Assembly (NCBI GenBank): GCA_964016885.1 | Contig: OZ024742.1 | Coordinates: forward strand, 143,096,001 to 143,160,000 | DNA length: 64,000 nt | Direction of reading: 5' to 3' | Source of the DNA: Eledone cirrhosa | Lineage: Eukaryota | Shown here: piece after piece, positions 55,135-64,000 of the stretch | Numbering within the stretch: position 1 is the first letter of the stretch | Layout of the letters: every line of letters starts with the position of its first letter | Made by a program: the position numbers and the translations under genes | Notes under the pieces: model-generated | What the model was told of the DNA's origin: nothing | Seen by the model: the letters and a program-made list of their open reading frames with translations, nothing else | The model's database searches: none

Positions 55135-55245
55135 CTTGAAGTTATGTGGACAACATCGAATAATTTATAATTTCCGGCTAAAAAATATTATTTAATGATG
55201 TACATTAAAAAAAAGGCAGGCAAAAAAACAACAACAAAAAACAAA

Positions 55246-55282
<37 letters not shown>

Positions 55283-55545
55283 CAAAGTCGTGTGTTAAAA
55301 ATAAACACTGGAATTATCCCCTTTAGGTTCGTTTTATGTGCTACATAGAAAACTAAGAAACTGATATTGGTGTTTTATACAGTTGGTTAGTTGAAAAAAT
55401 TGGTCAGGCTTTGTTTTATAGAATTCTTTTTTTAATGTACAAGGGAGTTTGTTTAATTGAAAAAAGTGTTGTTTTGAATGTAATTTTTGTTTTGACGTAG
55501 GAATTGTTTATAAATAAATGGCGGTTATTGTCCACAACATGACAA
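55135..55545. mobile_element. Old degenerate palindromic (MITE or foldback-like) element
   Basis: Nested inverted matches tgtggacaa/ttgtccaca, tgtacattaaaaaaa/tttttttaatgtaca and taaacactgg/ttggtgtttta. Confidence 0.45.
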
Positions 55546-57541
55546 TAAATTCAGAAATGGTTTCTATTGAACATTGCAAGCATTGCGCTTAATTTTAGAT
55601 AATTAAACACTGGTAGCTTATATGTGGTTTGATATGAAATAAAAAATCTTTTCAATTCTGTATGTTTATAGTGCTAGGTCGGCTCTGATTAAACAGACCT
55701 TTAATCAAACGTTGGCATACATGACTATCATGTAGCATCTTATTTTTGTTATTGTTATGGAAATAGTCGTTTATTGGTCGAGAAAACGAAGAAGAGACCA
55801 TACTACTAGAAAATAACAACCAAAATTTCCCCAAACCATATTTTATGGTTTAAATAAAGAATGGATATTCTATAATGTAGTCTACAGTATTGCTAAAAAA
55901 AGTAAAAAAAAAAGGTATACTATCATGTAAAGGTGTTTTCTACTATGGCTTGTAGCTGTAAATTAGGATGGTTTGTAGCTGTAAAGTGAGATGGTTTCTA
56001 ACAGCCATGAAGGATGTTCAGACTGAATTATCTTTTTATTTTAGATAGGAAAGAGTACACTCTTTCGAGCAACATATCATAGTGTCGTCTTCAAATTGAT
56101 TGCTGGTGCTTTATTACGCAATTCAGCAGTAGACATATTTATTTAGTATTTTTTAACCACTTAGTCAGGCAAGGAAGAGAAATACTTTTAAGCCTTTATT
56201 TTTTTAGAGCCGTCAAGACTGATAGTAAGAAGGGAGAAAGTTATTTGGAAACGAGGGACCTAGTCCCAGTGTTTGAAACAGAACTGACTCCGCTAAAAAC
56301 ACCTAATGACCAGGCGGTAGTGTTAAACAGGTCTATGGATTAAATCTACCATCCAAGGACTCGGAGCACATAGCCGGAATAAATACCACAAAGCATCTCA
56401 TATGACGCTCCATCAACCTCGCTAATATACCGCCCTGAGCTGGTAATTAATTGAATCGAACCTAAAAGGACGAAAGCCAAAATTGACCTTGATGGGATTT
56501 GAATTCAGAGTGTAGTAAACCGGAACGAACATCGCAAATCACTTTATCCTACACTCTAATGACTTTGATAATTCGTTGTCGCACTCATTTATTCAATTCT
56601 CGCTATGAGAACCGACGTATGAATAATAAAGTAATGTTCCAACTTACACATATTACAGACATGGCAATGAGTGAGCCGTATTACGGTTGCATAGCCCAGT
56701 AGAAATAGCAGTAAAATCTCTCCTCAACTCATATTTTACCGTTTCAGAAAAGAAAGTGGCTCCGAGTGTACAGTGTCGAAGAAAAACAAAGGTTATTTAT
56801 AGTTGACATGCCTTTGTTCATAGGAAACTTGAAGCCATATGATAAAGATATATATATATATGACTTAATAACAAAGTGATAGTGAAACCAAAAGAATTAT
56901 AAATGATGATAAATCTTTGTAAGTTTTAGAATTAACCAACAAATTAAATTTTGTCACTAAATCGTGTACTTCTCCAGATTAATCAAAGAAATTAGTGACC
57001 GCAGATAGACAGGAATTGGTTGAATGTGAGCTGGAAAGCACTCTGTCTGCTCATATTGCAATTAAAAGCTCGAACATTGAGAGACAAATAGAGCTCGACA
57101 ACTTACCTGATGGCAAGTAGAACAATGTTGCGTTTGTCAACCTCTCGAGGCAGAGGAATCACAGATGCGTCACAGAAGACATACTGGTTGTCTTTGAGAA
57201 GGGATAGAGACTCAGGGAGGTCAAAGAGGTGGTGCTAATGACAGTTTTCATATCCTCTAAAATTTTATTTGTCGCTTAATCCGGAAGAAAGGTTGTGTTC
57301 ATGACCCTTTTCAGGGCCTCAAAGACGGGTGAAAGGAAGGGAGGAATGACATTCTCCTAAAATCGGCACACAATGGCAATGTGGTGGTGTTAAACCGGCC
57401 GAGGGATTAAGTCTACCACCTAAGCAGGCTTTGGCGACATTTGAGCTTAGAACGCAGAGCCGGGTCAAATAACGCTACGCACCTCCTTTGCATGCTCAAA
57501 CGATTATGTCAATTCACCACTTTGAATCTGTATTATTTATC

Positions 57542-57690
57542 AGGGCGGTGGATTGGCAGTATCGGTGGAGAGTCGGACACCATGCTTTGACGTATAGAGT
57601 TACGGTCTTTTATGGGGGTCGATAAAATAAAGTACCAGTAATGCACTGAGGTAATTGCTGGCCTTGTGCCAAAAGTAGAAAGAATTATTT
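57542..57690 (+). mobile_element. Internally deleted SINE with target-site duplication
   Basis: Head and tail of the young SINE, with attatttatca-like duplication. Confidence 0.75.
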
Positions 57691-58297
57691 ATCAACACCG
57701 GAAGGATGAAAGACAAAGTTGACTCCGACGGGTTTGAACACAGAATGCTGCCCGTGAGAATGTTAGATTGCAATTTGGAACCATTATGCAACAAGTGATT
57801 TTAAGAGGGATATGAACTTTACAACTTTTCGTCTCACCTCCGCTTTAAACTAGAGGGTATCTTAAACAATTAGCTTAATTAGACGAGGAAGTGTAGAACC
57901 AATGACTATTTTTAGTGTCTGATGAGAGGAAGGGAAGAGTTATCGGCAAGTTGAAGACTTAACTTGAATACTTTCCAAATGCACGCAAGGACTGGGTGGC
58001 TTTCCACATAATTTCCTTTCACCAAGATTTACTGACAAAGCTTTGACCATTCAACGCTAGGCAAAACAATACTTGCCGTAGTGGTCATGCAGTAGAATTA
58101 AACCAGAAACCACGTATTTGCCAAGCAAACCTTTTAATCGCATAGCTATCCAATCCATTTCAGAGTCTTCTCACTCCTGTTGGAGGAACCCCTCTATGAT
58201 TGACCTGCATCGCTTTTGATTTTGGTCATGTTAAGGGTGTAGCCGTACTTATCACACTAAGCCAATTGCGGGTTGGTGAGGCTATTTAACCCATAGT

Positions 58298-58480
58298 TGG
58301 AGTGTATGGCCGTTGACTCTAAGGAGGTCATCCGCCCCTTTTACAGCTCTTGTCTTTGTACTGTTGATGTTCTAGTTCCCCTCCTCACCAAACCAGGGTC
58401 TTGTGGGAGAGCCGCTTTAGGCGCCAACTACACGGCTATGGAGCTGGTTATACTGGGCTACATAGTACCAGTAGCAAGCA
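58298..58480 (-). mobile_element. Diverged RTE-type structured 5' leader
   Basis: Reverse complement gctactggt...ccagtataacc...ggcgcctaaa...ggtgaggagggg...ggcggatga...gagtcaacggcca aligns with the family A and C leaders. Confidence 0.7.
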
Positions 58481-58919
58481 GAAGACTGTCCTGACCACAA
58501 AGCTTTATGCAAGCAAAAAAAAAAAAAAAAAAACCCAAAAAAACTAGACCTAACTTGAAACTTTTACAATTATTTTCATAGAGAAGGAGGCGGGTTGGAA
58601 GTATTGGTATAGCGACAGATAAAATGCTTTACGGAAAATAGTTATGACTTTTTATGTTCTGAGTTCAAATCTAGTTGAGGTCAACTTTGCCTTTCATCCT
58701 TCAGATTTCGATAACATGAGCTACCAGTCGGTTTTAGCGACTCTCTATTTTTCTATTACACCAAAATAGCTGGCCTTGTGCATGGAGATTCTTCTTCTTC
58801 TTCTTCTTCTTCTTCTTCTTCTTCTTCTTCTTCTTCTTCTTCTTCTTCTTCTTCTTCTTCTTCTTCTTCTCCTCCTGCCCCCCTCCTGCCCCCCCTCCTC
58901 CTCCTCCTCCTCCTCCTCG

Positions 58920-59270
58920 TTCAAACACTCATTCCAACGTGTCATGTCAGAAGTAACCGTCCCCAACTTATCCGGCTGGATCCCCAAGCGGAGACCAGCC
59001 AACAAGCTCACGGATGTAATCCAACCATCTTGCTCGGCATCTACCCCTGGAGTTTTGCCTGTAAAATCTGTCCAGCGATTATTTCCTGAGGCATTCTAAC
59101 CACATATCTGTAGTATCCTAGCTGTCATCTCTTAATTAGGAGAAGTAGCAGCTCTACGTGGAGCGACTCTCTGATCTCTATGCTACGCGCTCTATCGAAT
59201 AACGTTACTCGTAAGAGCCTTCGGAGAAACTCCATTTCTGCCGCTTATATTCGCGATCAACAAACAATAT
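58920..59270 (-). pseudogene. RTE-clade LINE 3' ORF relic
   Basis: AAEMEFLRRLLRVTLFDRARSIEIRESLHVE...QLGYYRYVVRMPQE resembles the RTE C-terminal region. Confidence 0.75.
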
Positions 59271-59357
59271 AATTTCTTTGATTACTCTTTGCCGAAAGAA
59301 AGAGCGCGATCTAGTAACAAATCTACTTTTTTTGTTATCAAAAATATAAAAACTATA

Positions 59358-60173
59358 TTATTACTTAGCTTTCGCGGTGAATTGGCAGTATCGGTAGAGA
59401 GTCGGACGCCATGCTTTCCAGCATAGTTACGTCCCTTTACGATCTGAGTTCAAATCCCGCCGAGGTTGACTTTACCTTTCATCCTTACGGGGTCGATAAA
59501 ATAAAGTACCAGTAATGCACTGGGTAATTGCTGGCCTTGTGCCTAAAGTAGAAACAATTATTACTTAGCTTTCGCGGTGAATTGGCAGTATCGGTAGAGA
59601 GTCGGACGCCATGCTTTCCAGCATAGTTACGTCCCTTTACGATCTGAGTTCAAATCCCGCCGAGGTTGACTTTACCTTTCATCCTTACGGGGTCGATAAA
59701 ATAAAGTACCAGTAATGCACTGGTTAATTGCTGGCCTTGTGCCTAAAGTAGAAACAATTATTACTTAGCTTTCGCGGTGAATTGGCAGTATCGGTAGAGA
59801 GTCGGACGCCATGCTTTCCAGCATAGTTACGCCCCTTTACGATCTGAGTTCAAATCCCGCCGAGGTTGACTTTATCTTTCATCCTTACGGGGTCGATAAA
59901 ATAAAGTACCAGTAATGCACTGGGTAATTGCTGGCCTTGTGCCTAAAGTAGAAACAATTATTACTTAGCTTTCGCGGTGAATTGGCAGTATCGGTACAGA
60001 GGCAGACGCCATGCTTTCCAGCATAGTTACGTATCTTTACGGTCTGAGTTCAAATCCCGCCGAGGTTAACTTTGCCTTTCATCCTTACGTGGTCGATAAA
60101 ATAAAGTACCAGTAATGTACTGGGTATTTGCTGGCCTTGTGCCAAAAGTAGAAACAATTATTACTTAGCTTTC
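59358..60173 (+). repeat. Tandem array of four SINEs with an exact 200-bp period
   Basis: ttacttagctttc occurs at 59361, 59561, 59761, 59961 and 60161, with a full SINE between each pair. Confidence 0.95.
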
Positions 60174-60767
60174 TTTTATCACTCATCTGTTATATCAGGC
60201 AATATATCTTCATCATATATCTTTAAGTTTCTTTACTAAGTCAGCAACTTTCTGTATTGTTGTGGAAGTGGGGAAAAATTCCATAATATTTATACGCAGA
60301 TTCTCATAGAATTATGACAGACAGTATTGAATGCAATGCCTCACACTAGTTCTGCTTTGAAATCTACTTTAGTTTCAGGCGTAAACCTCAACATTTACAT
60401 TCTCAAGTGTACCACATAAGAAGGTCACATACATACACACTCACATGGATACAGACACGCACACATACACATACGCACACACACACACATATATATAAAC
60501 ACACATACACACACACACGAACGCGCGCGCGCACACACATACAGAAACAAACACATACACATGAAATAGGACCAGGTCGATTACAGAAGATACCCATATA
60601 AGAAATTCCAGTAATTACACCACAGACTCATACATATTGTCATTTACATGCATTCATATACACATATATGCCCGTATTGCATGCATAGATACACATGCAA
60701 ATATTTACATACATGTATACACATATGTAATCAATTGCTACATCAAAACAAAACTACACATATATAG

Positions 60768-60837
<70 letters not shown>

Positions 60838-60843
<6 letters not shown>

Positions 60844-61033
60844 ATGTTCAAGACCTCGGCGGCAGAGCTCAAACCGTTTCGACGGCTATTTCTGGACTGA
60901 AATAGCCCCGTCGAAACGGCTTGAACTCTGCCATCGGGGTCTTGAACATTTTCCTATTACCCACTCTACTACCCTAAGTATTGAGTACTCTGGTGCGTTA
61001 TGGTGCATCTGGTTCCTTACCACAATCCCTTCG

Positions 61034-61037
<4 letters not shown>
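60838..61037 (+). mobile_element. Palindromic Penelope-like mini-element, family 1, copy F
   Basis: Diverged inverted arms with the same 3' unique part and (TA)n flanks. Confidence 0.8.
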
Positions 61038-61067
<30 letters not shown>

Positions 61068-61069
<2 letters not shown>

Positions 61070-63883
61070 GTCAATTTTCTTGATGTAACACTAAATCTCA
61101 ACACATGTTTTCATTATCCATTTCACAAACTAAATGAGAACTTGAATTATGTCAACTTTAACTCTAATCACCCCAGATCTGTTAAAAATACTATAGTGAA
61201 CTCTGTTCAAGAACGAATTTCAAGAATTTCATCTAATAAAAATATATTTGATGAAAAAGCGCAGTACTACAACGAAGCATTAGCTAGAGCTGGATATAGA
61301 AATAAAATTAAATACATCGATAATAATAATAATAAGCAAACTAACCAAAATAATAACAATTTCAATTACGGTATCAACTTTAACAACTATAATAGAAAAC
61401 ATTACAATAATTCCAAAAGCCGAAAAAGAAATAGAACTAGAAATATATTATGGTTTGCTCCCCCTTTCTCACTAAATATTAAAACCCCTATTGCTAAACT
61501 ATTCTTTAAAGCTCTTGACACACGCTTCCCTAGAACACATAAATATCACTCAATTTTTAATAGATACACTATAAAATTAACTTATTCGTCCACCAAAAAT
61601 TTAGCACAAAATATTAATAGAATTAATAATAGGAATTTAAAACCTAACCAAAATACCAATAATAACCCAAACAATATTCAATTAAATAACTGTAACTGTA
61701 GAAATAAATCTAACTGTCCGTTAAGTAACAACTGCTTAGCTAAAAATGTAGTGTACAATTGTAATGTTAAAACTAATTCAAATTCATTTAACTATGTTGG
61801 TTCCACCTCTACAGAATTTAAATTTCGCTTCAATAATCATAAGAATTCTTTCACAGATCCAAACAAAAAATCTTCAACTTCGCTATCTAGCCTACTATGG
61901 GACCTAAAACGAGATAATATTAAATATTCGTTGAATTGGAATATTATTTCAAAAGCTACTCCTTTTAATTCCTCTTCAGAAAATTGTGATCTTTGTATTG
62001 ATGAAATATTCTTTATATTAAAGTCCAAAAATTCCCTTAATCTGAGGAACAATTTATTCAGTTGCTGCAGACATAGATTGAACTCAACGTTTAAATATAA
62101 ATATAAATTTAAAATGTAGTATAATTAATTAAGTAATTTTAGTTAATATATGGAACCTGTCGATAATCCATTAGATTCCTTCACCTTTTTCTTTTTAAAC
62201 TTTCTTCCTAAATATAAACATGGATATAATAAACTACTCTAAAATGTCTATACTTCCAATGTATAAAATATACGTAAGGTAAATTTCTATATTAAATATA
62301 AGGTTATCTATAGAATCATTGGGTTTTTTAAATTTTTTAAATCTTTAAAATTATTTTTATTTATTTGTTTTGATTATGATAGCTTCTCATAACTTTCACA
62401 AGTCTACCCTCTCAATATCTTGATTGAGATATACGTAGGATAAATTTCTATACTAAATATATAAAACATATTATTTTAACTTAAGATACTCTATACTGTT
62501 TTAATGATATTTAATGCTCTGATATTTCTAGATTTCTTTTGACTATATAGTTGCATTTCCAAAATATATTCCTTTGGTATTTTAAATTTGTATTGTTATG
62601 GTTATATTTACAAATTATAATCCTTTGGTAATTTATTGATATTGGATTATCTCTATACAGATGCATATGTGTGTATTAACATGCATAGAAAGTGTTATAG
62701 ATTTTTTGTGTTTGTATATGTGTCTGTATATATACATGAGTGATGCATGAGGACGCACGCAAATATTTATTTATACATACGTATGTGTATATATGTATGT
62801 GTATATATGTGGTTGAGAAGTATGTTGCAGATGTGCATAATATTAAACACATGAATGGTAATCGTATATATGAGGACATGATTGTTAATCGTATATATTT
62901 GTATATATATACTGTGAAATTTTTATAACACAATGAGTGTATAGCAGTGATTAAGAGAAATCATTTACGGTTTGTATGGCTATATTGTTGGCTTGAGTAA
63001 ACATAATTTCTATTTTCAGGACGTGCGTATCTATATGTATGTATATATACATATATATCTGTATGTCTTTGCATAAAATACTAATCTCTATAACAAGGGT
63101 ACATTTTGAACTCAGATTTTAGTATATTGATCTCAAGTTTCTAAACTAAACACGTGGTCATTATTGAACAATGTTTGGTTTCTCATATTATATATCTATG
63201 TCCCATTCATGAATATTGATACTTATATTTTTATTATTCATTTCATATAAATTGTTAACTCAACTTAATATGACATGACGTAAAGTTGTCACTGTCCCTC
63301 TCTCTCTCTATATAATATCTCTCTCTCTTGAGTTTTTCTTTCTGTATGATGACTTGATATCTCTCTGTTGCTTTCCTTTGTTTTTCTTATTCCTTCCTTT
63401 TCTTTCTTTTTTATTTCCTCCTATATTTATCTATCTCTTTCTTTTCTCCATACATTTCTCTCTCTCTCCGATATTTCTCCAGGTTTTCTTTCTCTTTCTC
63501 TTTTCTTTCTCTCTCTCTGTCTTTGTTCTTTTCTCTCTCTCCGTCTTTTTTCTTTCTCTCCGTCTTTTTCTAATTGTGCTTAACAATATGACTTATTATA
63601 TAAACAAATCACTATCCAGACAGCCTCCAAAAGTAATGGTTGTATTTTAAAGGGTACGTCAAACCTATTTGTAAAACTGTTATATATTGTATTTTGTCTG
63701 ATGAAGGCATACCATAATTTAATGTGGTATCCCTGAAATATGTATAATGAAATAAATATGGTTTTATAAATATAGTTTCCATTTATTAATATCGTATATC
63801 TACTCCAAAAATTTGTTCGAGTGCTTTATATCAGTTATAAAAATATTTACTTGTTGTATCCCAACAACTTTAAATAGAACTTT

Positions 63884-63890
<7 letters not shown>
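61068..63890 (+). mobile_element. Penelope-like element (Nematis-like), 5'-truncated, long AT-rich 3'UTR
   Basis: VNFLDVTLNL...SNHP...ILWFAPPFS...NCNCRNKSNCPLSNNC...VVY...YVGST...FKFRFNNHK...CDLC...CRH, open to 62119. The 3' limit is inferred from the hammerhead and the (TA)n tract. Confidence 0.8.
63690..63752 (+). ncRNA. Putative minimal hammerhead ribozyme, partly decayed
   Basis: CTGATGA-aggcataccat...gtggtatccct-GAAA-tatg-TA. Stem II is good; stems I and III are weak. Confidence 0.55.
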
Positions 63891-63962
<72 letters not shown>

Positions 63963-63964
63963 CG

Positions 63965-64000
<36 letters not shown>

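Noticed and set aside
59375-59470. tRNA genes
   Set aside because: A/B-box heads run into SINE bodies and no complete cloverleaf is present.

Overview
AT-rich, microsatellite-saturated animal DNA with no recognisable host gene. The SINE and repeat content suggests a coleoid cephalopod such as Octopus (inference). The window is almost all mobile elements. (1) One apparently intact two-ORF Tx1-like LINE at about 29553-35310, plus truncated relatives in (TATC)n. (2) Two R4/Dong-like restriction-like-endonuclease (RLE) LINE fragments in (CATA)n. (3) Several bipartite non-autonomous RTE derivatives with (TATG)n tails; two families fuse an AUG in frame to the terminal C2H2 zinc finger. (4) Three Penelope-like RT/GIY-YIG fragments, and many short palindromic Penelope termini carrying hammerhead motifs, all in (TA)n. 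(5) A non-autonomous Helitron inserted precisely into a Penelope terminus. (6) CRE, RTE and I-group LINE relics, many tRNA-derived SINEs (one as a 4x200 bp array), MITEs and minisatellites. The most interesting patterns are the partitioning of microsatellite motifs among retroelement classes and the recurrent fold-back Penelope mini-elements whose apex falls inside the hammerhead ribozyme. Most ORFs in the supplied track are microsatellite artefacts. Family assignments come from motif recognition, not database searches.
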